Positions 38,515-50,096 of a stretch of 64,000 nt of DNA are shown piece after piece. The first letter of the stretch is position 1, and each line of letters starts with the position of its first letter. Under the pieces are notes generated by a model. The model saw only the letters and a program-made list of their open reading frames with translations. It was not told the DNA's origin and searched no databases. The position numbers and the translations under genes are program-made. Source of the DNA: Takakia lepidozioides (taxonomy: Eukaryota > Plantae > Bryophyta); contig CM060734.1 in the NCBI GenBank assembly GCA_030704615.1, forward strand, positions 20,646,001 through 20,710,000. Reading direction: 5' to 3'.

Positions 38515-40100
38515 TGAGCTACAAGAAATTCTTGGAGTAGATGGTCAACTGGAAATAGCAACGGCAACAGCACAATTGATAGAACAAGATACTGCTAATG
38601 AAGGCACCTTCCTCAACACATTTCCCCCTGTTTTTCCCTGTTATCAGAGTTGTCCCTAAATTTCCATGTTGAATTCTGCAAGTGAGCTCGTTGGTGGATC
38701 TATGGTGGTTTTGGAGTGATTTTCACATGTTACTGCCAATGTGGCAACAAGAAAGTATCGAAAAACAGATAACAGAGACAAGGAGAAGCTCTGGAATGAA
38801 CACGGTTCCGACCACAGTCAAGGGTGGAACGAGCAGGGCATCAAGGTGAATGCCTGTTGGAAGCACAAGCCATCATAGGAACTAGTGTGGTAAGTATGGT
38901 TGGGGTGTTTGCTAGAAGAAATGTAGGCTGTCATTGTCAGCTGCTAGCAGCAAGGATGTATGCATGATTTCTGCAGAGGCATGGATTGCTGAAGGAGCGG
39001 GGATAGAGTTTGGGTCCAGATTCATCCAAGAGGGCCGGATTTCAAGCCCAAGATTACCTATGATTCCCTGTGGACGGATAGCTAAAGAAACCTGCATGGG
39101 TAGATGGTCAACTGGAAGCCGCAGCAGCAGCGACACAATTGATAGAATCAGGCACCACTAATGAAGGCACCTTCTTCAACACATTTCACCCTGTTTTTCC
39201 TTCTTATCAGAATCGGCCCTAAATTGAATTCTGCAAGTTAGCTGGTTGAGTGAATCTAGTTTGGAGTGGCTTTGACATGATATTGCCAATGTGACAATAG
39301 GAAAGTATCAAAATAGAGGCAAATGAGATGAGGAGAAGCTGGGAATGAATACGCTCCTGACCCCAGTCAATGATGGGACAACCGAGGCAAAAAGGTGAAT
39401 GCTTGTTAGATTACAGAGAGTAGAAGACGTAATTCAGCATATGAGCTAGTGTGATAAGCTGAGTTGGGTGTTTCGTAGAACAAATCTAATGCTTGTTCGA
39501 CTACACAAAGAAGCACTAGTTGCAATTCAGAAATGGAACTACTGTTATAAGTAGGGTTGGGGTATTTGCTGGAAGAACTTCACGCTGTCAATATCAGCTG
39601 CTAGCAGCAAGGTTGAGGGATGTATTCTTGATTTGTACACGGGCAGGGATAGCTGAAGGACCAGGGATAGAGGTCCAGATTCATGTTTGAGTTCAGGCTG
39701 AGGGATCAATAGCTACAAGAAATCTGCTGAAGTAGATGGTCAAGTGGAAACAGCAGCGGCAGCAGCACAATTGATAGAACAAGGAACTGCTAATGAAGGC
39801 ACCTTCCTCAACACATTTCCCCCTGTTTTCCCCTGTTATCAAAGTCGTCCCTAGATTTGTTGAATTCTGCAAGTTAGCTTGTTGGTGGATCTATGGTGGT
39901 TTTGGAGTGATTTTGACATGTTACTACCAATGTGGCAACAGGAAAGTATCGAAAAACAAATAATAGAGACGAGGAGAAGCTCTAGAATGAATATGTTTTC
40001 GACCGCAGTCAAGGGTGGAACAATCGAGGCAAAAAGGTGAATGCCTGTTGGAAGCGCAAGTCAGCATAGGAACTAGTGTGATAAGTAGGGTTGGGTTGTT
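38515..40100 (+). repeat. About 600-bp tandem units (about 2.5 copies) of an exon-like CACTA internal module
   Basis: GATAGCTGAAGGA...ATTCCCTGTGGATCAATAGCTACAAGAAACCTGCATGGGTAGATGGTCAACTGGAA...AATGAAGGCACC. Also present at 7940-8560, 11200-11535, 34820-35990 and as a 65-bp shard at about 46790-46857. Confidence 0.85.
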
Positions 40101-41532
40101 TGCCTGGTTGACTGGAGGACACCCCTGAGAAAATCTTGAAGTCCTTTATTTCCCAATGCTAGGAATGCTAATCTTGTCCAGATTTTGTTGTAGTGTCCCA
40201 CATACGCAAAGCATTGGATTGCACTAGTTGTTTGAAAATAGAGTCCTTGATTCTAGTAGTACTATAACTGTAGTATTACTACAACACTTCAGCCCATGTG
40301 TGGGCTTGCTTATTTTTCGCCTCAAGCAGCAATTGAGGCTTGCATTTTTGGACCTTGTAGCCTTTGAGGTGTCCATTGAGACATTTGTCTCATTTGGATT
40401 TTGGTAATATGATTTACAGGGCTTCTATTCCCCTATAGCTCTCTATTTTAATTCTCCTTGTGTACATTGCCTTATGCAAAAAAAAAACTTTGGTTCCGTT
40501 ATGTTTTATATTGGAATTTTCACAATGTAATGAAGAACTTCAATTATTTAATCAAAATTTATTTTTAAGAGAAAATATTAAAATTAAAAAATAAAAGCAA
40601 TGGTAATTATTTGAAAAAACCTTTTGATGACACGTGTCAATCATAACATGTGTTATCCCGGGAGTCGCTGCCCAAAGTCATATATGTCAGTCATGAACAC
40701 TTTTATTTCCGCCCTTCTCTGTATGACACATGTCCAAATATGGAAGAGGCACGTGTTGCCCGATTGGAGCTCCTTGATCGCGCTGACATGGACTACTTTA
40801 GTCATAAAACCCAGTCGTGGCCCATGACTATGAGCAGGCAGCTGATGTGCCACGTCAACAGACAGCTGCATGACTGGCCTTTACGATTGCATGTCACTTA
40901 CGACTGAAATGTCACAACTGACAGGGTTTTGTCACTGGGTAGTGAGACAGTCATAAATTGCTCATATAGCTACAACACAACAGTCGTAAAAGCCTGAATT
41001 TGTTGTAGTGGAAGGTGGCATTGTGGAAACTCGAATTGTCAGCCCTGAACGAGATGATGTTGCGAGGGCATACGTCATTCCATACGATACGAAGCGTGGC
41101 TACAGAGTCTTTGGACTTCAAGTGTCATCCTCGAATGTGTCGACATCTCATACTCCACCGACTGCCGCATCCATTTTTGGCCCACGTGTTGCGAAGACTG
41201 AGAGTATTCAAATTTTAAGTGACGATGATGAAGACTGTATGGTGGTAGGCAGCAGACGAACATACTCCGCACCTCCGCACATGTGTGCTCAATCCGCGGA
41301 GGACGACGATGCAGTTGAAGTGCATGCCGAAGCGTCCCCGACCAAAGCCGCAGTTGAAGAAAATCTATGGTGGAGGTTTTACAGCTCCTTCAGAGCAGCA
41401 CCACATCCCGCAGTGAGCTTTCAAGGATCGACTTTCTGAGTATTCAAATTGTGAAGGTGAACCATTTACCCAGAAGAGTAGATGGAGACATTGTGTACAA
41501 GTTGCCGCCGTTAGAAAAGACCACTGCAGCGG

Positions 41533-41790
41533 GAGATACTTACGGACCAGGGCAAGGAGTGTTGTAACCAGCTCCTTACGATAATTTGCTTCAATACTAG
41601 TGTGAAGCATGTTACTACAGCCCCTTACCATCCCCTCATGGAGCGCTTCAACCAAACTCTTTGTCAAATGTTGGAGAAGAATGGCGCACTCACCAGGTAG
41701 TGGGATACCTTTCTTCCCCCTCTTCTTTTTGCTTATCGCACCGCCGTGCATGCTAGCACCAAGAAGACTCATTTTGAGCTGTTGTATGGT
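41533..41790 (+). mobile_element. Retroviral-type integrase core fragment
   Basis: Frame absent from the ORF list: EILTDQGKE...KHVTTAPYHP-LMERFNQTL...*WDTFLPPLLFAYRTAVHASTKKTHFELLYG. Confidence 0.8.
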
Positions 41791-42544
41791 TGCTCTTGTG
41801 ATTCTTGGGGGCTGCTATTTCATGAGCCATGAGCGGCATGAGCCATGAGCAGACTCGTAACTGCCGAAAAAAACATGAGCAGGATTTTTTTTCACAAATG
41901 ATTGTCCACGGGAATAGGGTATAAGGATCCACGATCATAGGGGGACAAGGACCTCCCAATGAAGGAGGTTGGGCAATGTTTTTTAAATTCCATATTGAAA
42001 CTCCAAAGTTTAAATTCATCGTCATGGTTCTGGATGAACTATATATTGTCCGGAGGGAGGATGATAGCCAATCGCGAGCCCCACGGATGGAAACGCGGCG
42101 CCCTATTTCCATCCGGTGGGAGTTGGATGAAACCTTCTGTGAGGGAGAGAAGCAGGGGTGGCACCCAACCTGAGGCCCTCGGATGGAAATGCGGCGCCGA
42201 ACTTCCATCCAGGGTGGGTTGGATGAAATGGTCTCGGGGGAAGAGAGGACGACTTGGCACCAAACTTCATCCCCCCGGACGGAAATGTGCAGGAATGAGC
42301 AGGAATGTGTAGTCGGATGAGAATTGCGGAGCATATTTGCATGGCACGGTTGGAAACTGAAACGACTACATTTATGGAGCCGCCAATCTTCATCCGTGCA
42401 AAGTCCAGTTAGGGGGGGATTCAAATCTGTGCTGGAGTATAAGTGACGAAGGGCAACGTTTGGAAACTCATTCTCATCTCCATACACATCTCCTGCCTGC
42501 TGCAGTACTTTTCCTTCAGCGTCCTCCGCGATTCTTTTGCAAGG

Positions 42545-42958
42545 ATGTCGTGCTGCCGCAATCCTGCGGACTGCCCTTATCATGGCCGTGATCATGCAAT
42601 GTTCACACCGAAATCGGGAGACGTCATTGTCTGGCTCACAGTTTTCACAGACGCTTCTGGAGTGAAGCAGGAATCATTGAGCGCAATGGAGTATTTGGTG
42701 GACTATTACAGTTTCGAGCGGGGTGAGGGTGACAGTCTATTGAACCCGTGGGCCCTGTACATCGTTGACCTCGACATACCAAGCTATGGTGGGCGGCCGG
42801 ACAGATCACGCACTGCCATGCTTTGGCGCTGGAACTGCTGCCAGTGGACCTTGGAGGACTGCGTCAGGAAGAACTATATTCGTGAACGAGTCCGCTCCAA
42901 ATACCCACCGTATGGGGATATTCGCCTTTGTTTCGAGGACGAATCGCAGGGCACATGA
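42545..42958 (+). CDS. Cys-rich ORF of unknown function (element-associated)
   Basis: ATG at 42545, MSCCRNPADCPYH...PKSGDVIV...WALYIVD...WRWNCCQW; weak pattern similarity to the ORFs at 3606 and 50097. Confidence 0.4.
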   Translation: MSCCRNPADCPYHGRDHAMFTPKSGDVIVWLTVFTDASGVKQESLSAMEYLVDYYSFERGEGDSLLNPWALYIVDLDIPSYGGRPDRSRTAMLWRWNCCQWTLEDCVRKNYIRERVRSKYPPYGDIRLCFEDESQGT

Positions 42959-43445
42959 GGCCCACAGTGAAAATCTCCATGTTTGATGGTGGTAGCATCG
43001 ATGGGCATGACATTGTCGTCACCTCCACCAAGGGCACCAGCATGACAGCAATGCAGTTTACTTGGAGGAGCCGCGTCACACCTGACCTCGTCTTCAGGCA
43101 TATTGAAGTTCCTTCTACCTGGTGACCTCCATTCAGTGGGCATAAGGGTTTAGATTTGTATGGACCATATGTGGTGTAGACTTGCTTAATGTGAGACACT
43201 GTGATCGATTAATAAAACAACCCATCGTCCCCTCACTTCTGTGAAATGTGCATCTTCAGGTTGATTGTATTTTATGCACTGCTATTTTCTGGCCCACGGT
43301 GGAGAATTTGTGATGTCATTTATACAATGTCTCTCTCCACATCAATCAATAGAAGATATTGTCTGTTTCTATCCATTCTGTGAGGAAAGCCATGGGTTTT
43401 GGGCATCCACATCGCAAGAGGCACATGCCCAAGTGGCCCCGGTTG

Positions 43446-43815
43446 GGAAATGCGGCACCGCATTTCCCTTATTCCCCTGCATATACGTCGGGAAGCTTCA
43501 CCTATGACGTGCATGTCGTCCGGAAATGCGGCGCTGCATTTTCGTCTCCGGAACGAAAATGGGTGCGCAGGTTCACATCTTTATGGCATGCGTTTTGGAG
43601 ATGCGGCACCGCATTTCCATATTGGACATGGAAATGCGGCACCGCATTTCCGTCCCGTGCAAGGAATTGCGGTACCGGATTTCCATCTCCAATATGGAAA
43701 TGCGGTGCCGCATTTCTGTTTTTGTGTGGATGTCCGGAACCTCATTTCCTGCTTATGGATGGAAATGCGGCACCGCATTTCCTTGTCCTTATCGGAAATG
43801 TGCTTTGCTCCGTCC
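43446..43815. repeat. Phased array of the 22-bp palindrome GGAAATGCGGCACCGCATTTCC with unique 10-11-bp spacers
   Basis: Starts at 43446, 43522, 43597, 43630, 43663, 43696, 43728, 43761 and 43794 (33-bp period in the core). Confidence 0.92.
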
Positions 43816-43966
43816 ACAAATCGGAGGTGGTTTGAAAAAGAAGAATAGGGGCTAGGAGACCTCCAGTTCAAAAATAGATTCATTTATATATTTGGGAAAA
43901 GAATTAAAATGTACAAGGACTTATTTAAATTCCTACCCATCTTGGAAGTCATTATCACTATCCTCA

Positions 43967-46900
43967 TCATATCCATGACTGTCCTGCACACCTTCCACCC
44001 CCCTCATCTTCTTTGTCATGCCCAGCGGACTGATTGTTGGCTACGCTTTCAAAGATCCCGTCTTCCCCTTGAGGAATTGACCATCTGACTTTCATTAGGT
44101 CGTCGTCCTCCTGGTCTGCATCGCTCTCTTCCATAGAATCGCATACATACTTTCGGACGCGTCTACTTGTTTGAGCTGCAGCCAACTCTCTCTGCTTCCT
44201 TCTCTCCTCTCTAGCCCTATCCAAAATCAGCTCTACTTTACTGGAATTCTCACATCATCTAATTGCTATCCTTGCAAGTTTAGCTGCATAACTAGGAAGG
44301 GAGTAGTCCTTCACTGGGCTCTTGAGAAAGCCCGACCTGGCAAAGAACGGGACATTCCTTATGGATGCGAATGGAGGCGCCATTGATTTTGACGCAGATC
44401 TTGGAATCCTGCACATAATAATCAGTTTTTCAGACCAATGAGAACCACAAACCAACATTGACAAAAATGAAAGTATGACCCAGAAGGCTTTGCAAACTTA
44501 CAATGATTGCACTCACTTGTATTCCGGGTTCTCCTCAGCATCAATGTTCACTGTCTCCTCCTCCTCATCCGAAGAATCCTCCTTGGAGTCATTGGCTGCG
44601 ATGGCAGCCTTCGCCGGCAGTCGTTGAAGCCCTTCCAAGTGGGATCCCCACACTGCTCTGTCCTCCTCGAAGGCAAAGACGTGCTGGTCGAAAATCCAGC
44701 CAGCCCACATTGAGGCACCTGAGACAAGGACATTCACTCATTCTGCACACATGGCTCTTAACATACTGGACAAATTGAAACTTCATATAACAAAGCGGTA
44801 CCAAAACCTGCATACTTGTCCCACAAGTGAGGTCGAGCACTCTGCCCTCCAGCGAGCTGCAGGTCTCAATAATGGTTTGCATGAAGGCAGGGCTCCGAGT
44901 CCGTGAATACCGCAGGGGATCCATTGAAGTGAGGCAATGAGGGAGGAGTTCCTTGGGAACGTTGTTGAACAGGACGTCGTAATCGATGGGGTCACAGTTG
45001 GGGTCAACCAGCAATCCATCCTACCGGAAACCAAAGGTCGAGTTCTTCTTCACAAAGCAGTAGGCATCGAATTGCTTAGTCTGCAAACACAATGGAAAAC
45101 ATTCAGAAGGCGAATTCGTAACCGCATTCAAATCACCTTTACAAATGCCATCAGGTTTGTGTTTGCCAATGTGGTAAATACCTTCTTCCCCTCCAAGCAA
45201 AGGCCCAATGTGTTGATGCACGTCCACTTCTTCTTCAAAATTGGGACGACACTCTTGCGGGTCCACTTCGCAATTCCTTCCTCTGTGTTTTTGCCTCTGC
45301 TGGCAAGGACAAGCACACACCCTCTATCATCCAATACCATGTGGGCTAGCCCAAATCTTTTTTTCCAAAAGTCCTCAGAGTACCTGTTCCAAGATGGCAC
45401 AACATCCAGTCCTTCCACAGGCTCTCCATCAGGAATATCCAAGATGATCATATCACAAGACTAGTCGGTATGTTTTCCACCCCTCATGCAATCCTTCCCT
45501 GCACATGTCCTCTCAAAGAACTGCACTATTTTACAAATCCTGGGGTGTTGTTAGGCTCTCTTGCAGCCGCCTTCTTTAGAGCTTCGCCTTTCAGCCCCTC
45601 CATTGGCTTGATATGTGCCAACTTGGTGGCCCGGCCATCCAATGCCGCCAAAAAACTCTCATTGGCACACTCTACTATTGTTTCTGGCAACACTTTCGGC
45701 CTCCTCATTTCCATTGGTTCGAACGGATGCCCCCCCGGGGGGTTGAAGAGTGTCTTCTTTGCTGAGCCAGTTCTCGTGCCTTTCGCCACAACAGCGGCCG
45801 CATGGGATTTCTGCTGGGTTTCTCGGGGTGGGCTTGTTGCAAAGTCCCTATCTTCGCCCTCGTCTTCAGCCTCTTCCTGCTCCTTATGTTTCTGCTTCTT
45901 CGTCTTCTTTGGAGTCACAACTGCTGCTCCTTGCTAGCGGGTCCTCTTCTTCGACCCCTTCTATTTGTCCTGCAAGGCCGCATCCAACGTCTTCTGTGCC
46001 ATCTCAGCTGCCTTTCTGGATTCTTCGAGAGCAGCGGCCTCCTTTGCCTTTTCCGGCCTACCAGGGACACGTTTTTCTCTTCTCTTCTCCTCCATTTTCG
46101 CGTATATCTCTTTCTTCGATTCATCAATAAGTCCACCCGACATGTCTAGGTATCAGGGGCAGCCAGCGAGATGCTCAGCATGCCATTGCTTCTGAATCTC
46201 TGGTGTGTAGACACAGCTTCCGCCCGGAGTGCTCCAAGCCATGAAGACGGGGGCTCCCGCTCCAGGGCCCCGGTCTTGACTAGGACGTATTTCATATACC
46301 TGCAACATACACCACATGCGTCAGCACAGTTCTTCAACAATGTCTTCGCAGAGTGCAATCCGCAACAGAAAGTGCCAATGCGGTGCCGCATTTCCCAGGC
46401 ACACCTCATATCCCCGGTTTTGCCTAAAATGTTGGCAGTGGTTACCTGTACACAATTCGCATGGCTGCTTTTCCCGCCCCCTCCTGATGTGTGAGCTCCA
46501 CGCTCCTTCTTGTTGTCTGCAGCTCCCTGGAGAAGAGGAAGTCCTTGTACGCACATCTGTAACGTGTCACATACTCTTCCAATGTCTGTGTTCCATCCCA
46601 CTTTACGTACAAGTTGAACAAATTGTATGGAGACCCACTTGCTCCTTCGCATTCGACATTACCTGCGTTTATATTGATCCATTGTCACTGACCCGTTCGT
46701 AGAATTCATGCCATAAATGGAAATGAAAGGAAGTACCTTGAATTACCTGGAACCACCAAGTCATGCGGTTGAGCCACACATCCACGATTTCAAACACAAG
46801 ATTACTTCCGATTCCCTGTGGATCAATAGCTACAAGAAACCTGCATGGGTAGATGGTTTTTGAGTGGAAAACACCACATGGTCCTTATACTCTCCGATGC

Positions 46901-48170
46901 ATTCCAGATTGATAGCCTGCCCCTTGTCTGCCATTTCCGATCCAATGTCAAGAACAGGAAGTACAGTCCCTGTTGCCAAAAAGGAAATGCATCCAGTGCA
47001 ACCTCACCTTCTCTTTTGCATCCACACATGCCGTTGAAACGTGATGCAGTTTCTCCAACTGCATGGTCGGGTTTATGGCCCGCAAATAATGTTTTGCAAC
47101 ATCGGGGATGAAGTCCTTTCCAAGAGCCGGATCTGCAATGGCCACCAGCTTCACAAGCTTTGACTTGTATTTGATTCTAGACTTCACCCCGGCTTCCTTC
47201 AAGTGGTCCGTCAATGCTTGCAATGTTTTGGGCTGCCCCTCGACACTTTCCATGAAGAAGCGTTTGGCATGGGCCAAATCCAGCTTGTTGTTTGACTGCA
47301 AAGAACAAGATGCACAAACATTACATTCGATACATGTGGACAGAAGACAGGAAATTGGGGAAGGCTCAGGCGAGGAAAATGGGAGCATGACTTACTTCGT
47401 ATAGCACCTCTACCATTCTATCCATAGTGAGCCAATACCATGTCCGGTCTGTTTTAGCCATGGCTTTTTGAATGAGCTCGGGATCTAGGAGGTCGGCAAA
47501 TAGTTGCGGGTTAGTCAGACCAGTTTTCCTCACCCTGTACTGCATATGTGCCATAGGGGTATGCACGTATTCATTTTCAGTGACCCTGCAAGGCCCATTC
47601 TCCAATTCAGTCCACTGATAGGTGGAAACAAGACTGATTGAAATTGGAATGCGGCACCGCATTTCGGGATTCAATGGGATGGGAATGAGAATCTTACGAG
47701 TTCAGGTCCGCCATAGCATTTTTCAGCAAGGAGGAGTCTGCCGCCTTGACCTTCAGGATGACACACTCCACCATGTAATGCCGGCCAATTTGCTTGGCAT
47801 GGTTCTGCTTGATGTACTCCCACCATGCTAGAAGACGATGATTCCTGTCCCAGACATAAAAATATTTTGCCCGACATATGCCCGAAGTCTGGATCACCCT
47901 TCAGCAATCCCTCGAATTCTTTGTTGCGAGTGTGCCAGTGGGGATCCCATGATGACAATTCTTCCGTTGTGGGTCCATGCGATTCACCTTCCTCATTCTC
48001 AATGGAAACGTAGAAGACGGAAGAACCCACATGATACCCTTCTCAAAATGCAAACTTCAGCTTATCCACATCCCATGGGAGAGCCTGCCTGACGATGGGG
48101 AGGGAGACCATGCGATAGAGTGGAATTCGCAGTGTCCGAGCGAAGACCCTGCTCCCCAGAACTCTGCCAA
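43967..48170 (-). pseudogene. Multi-exon ParB/Srx-like + beta-class DNA amino-methyltransferase fusion gene (most complete copy)
   Basis: IPLYRMVSLPIVRQ...GY..G..VFYVS...FYVWDRNHRLLAW (ParB-like); several GT-AG-bounded helical exons; K/E-rich linker; CDMIILDIPDG (DIPDG at 45425-45439); RSPAFMQTIIETCSSLEGRVLDLTCGT / intron 44719-44815 / SASMWAGWIFDQHVFAFEED; acidic tail. Confidence 0.75.
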
Positions 48171-48177
48171 TGCTGCT

Positions 48178-49541
48178 GTGTTTCATCCGCAATCACCTCC
48201 ATCGACCCTCCTCTCACCACTACCACTCTGACCGGAACCTAATCTCTGCCATAGTTCAAATTGCTATCTCCATAAACCAGCCCATCCACTTTCTTAAAGT
48301 TCGCTCCCACACCGGCATCACTGGCAATGAAATGGCTGACTTCTTTGCCCAACGAGGTGCCACCCAATCCAAGGTGGACCCTATGTCGGATCCCATCCAT
48401 GTTGCCCATACCTACCCCTTCTGGTTCATCCACCCCGTTCCAGGCCCCACGGAGCCTCGCCCTATCCGCAATCTCTCTACCACCCTTACACGAGAAGCCA
48501 ACAAACAAGCCTCCTCCTCTGCAAGCCACACTAAGCTACACGTCCAGAAATGGATGCAATCCGATGTGCTACACCATAAGCTATCTAATCACTTCTGGCA
48601 CACTAATCTCGCCACCGATGCCCAAATAAAACAGACCCTCAAATTCAGATATGCACAATACATGGGCCACCAACGTAAACATATCTTCTGGCCTCACCTC
48701 TTATCTTCCCCCAAATTGACCACTTTGTGCTTGCACCCACTCTACCCGTGACACTTGGCCCCATACTCAGCCAATGCACATCCCATCATCCATGGCCTCC
48801 GTGTCACTTGAGATAACCATGATGTTTGGCACATCCATAAGCTACTCCTACGTCGACCTGAAACACGTTGGTTTTCACTTAAAATGCGGGGACCTATTAG
48901 GGTAGGCCCCCTGACCACACTATACCCTCATGGCTTCTGCCCTGTTCATGCCGGCCACCCTCACCCTGCACATGCCCCGCCAGACTCTATCCTGACATAC
49001 TTCTAGTCCACGGGTTGCCCATGAATGCGCCTCCGCCTAGCATTCCATCCCCAAACCTCACCATACACTTTATTGAATTCACATATTGTAATTACCGCTA
49101 CCCTAGCTCCTCCACATTGGAAAAACGTCAAAAATACGCTCCGTTCATCCTAGCCATTCGCCGTCATGGCTGGTCCACAGGCCCCCTCACAATCATTACT
49201 GCCGGCACTAGAGGCGGCATCCACAATGCTAGTATCTCTGCCCTTCACAATAACTTCAAAATTCCTACATTCCCTGTACACAAATGCTCCACATGACTGC
49301 GATACGCTCCCTCGCTGCTATTTTTACCAACAAAAGGCAGCTTGAATCCCATATCTCTTCAAGCTCTTGAAACTCCGTATCCCCCTGGGGTACCTTTCCG
49401 AGCACCTGTCCCCTGAGTTATAGGGTGCCCTCCGGGCACCCAATAGTTTTTATATAGGGCCCACCCCCAAAAGAGGGCAGTAGCCGCAAGGCAAAGTGGC
49501 TCTTAGTTACGCCGGCCGCAGCCGGAGTCATCTCTCTCTCT
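48178..49541 (+). mobile_element. 5'-truncated RLE-type LINE (end of RNase H, Zn knuckle, restriction-like endonuclease, 3' UTR, (TC)n end)
   Basis: HFLKVRSHTGITGNEMADFFA; PDILLV...IEFTYC...EKRQKY...IITAGTRGGI; 3' end homologous to the reverse complement of 55727-55830. Confidence 0.85.
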
Positions 49542-50096
49542 GCTGCTGTGTGTCTCCTCCAACATGGCATCCGCTGCACTCTGGAATTCCTCCGGCGACA
49601 TATCTGGAGGTGGAGGAAGGGGCTGATCAGATGGAGCACCCCCACCCGTACCTGTAGTTTGGGGAATGACTGCGGGCAGTTCTCGCATTTGAAAGGCATC
49701 CTCCACACCTTCCCTGACAATACGAAGTTCTTGCAGAATGCTCCAGACGTTGATCAGCAGCACCCTCGTTTCAGTCTCAAACTCTTGCAGGAACTGGGCT
49801 TCAGCCCTTTCGTCAGTTAGACTCAGAATGGAAATGCGGTGCATTTCCGTCCGGACTCTTTGAAAGGAAGACCTCGGAGTCTTTTAGGGGTCAGGAGTCT
49901 TTTGAAGGAAGAGTCTAGAAGGTGGGCATAGCCATTTGTGGCATAGCCGTTGTGCACATAGCCGTTCTGGGCATAGCCATTATGGGCCAGAGAGGGGCAC
50001 TTGCATTGCAAACCTGAAAGCAAAAGTATTTATGGTCCTCCTCTCGCTCGTCCTCCACTTGTTCGTCGAAAGCGCGCTTCTTTCTAAAGTTACAAA

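Larger units (their letters stand above)
25990..41010 (+). mobile_element. Older Pack-CACTA remnant hosting the 26030-37176 insertion; right TIR at 40981-41010
   Basis: Ends ...CAGTCGTAAAAGCCTGAATTTGTTGTAGTG with subterminal repeats at 40625-40980. Segments 25990-26029 and 37180 onward rejoin into the repeat seen intact at 7466-7620. Confidence 0.6.

Noticed and set aside
12556-41010. One 28-kb CACTA bounded by the TIRs at 12556 and 41010
   Set aside because: The TIRs differ internally, the flanking triplets do not match (ATA versus GAA), and cargo orientation suggests both are right-hand ends of separate copies.
43446-43815. CRISPR array
   Set aside because: Spacers are only 10-11 bp, there are no cas genes and the context is eukaryotic; treated as a protein-binding dyad array.
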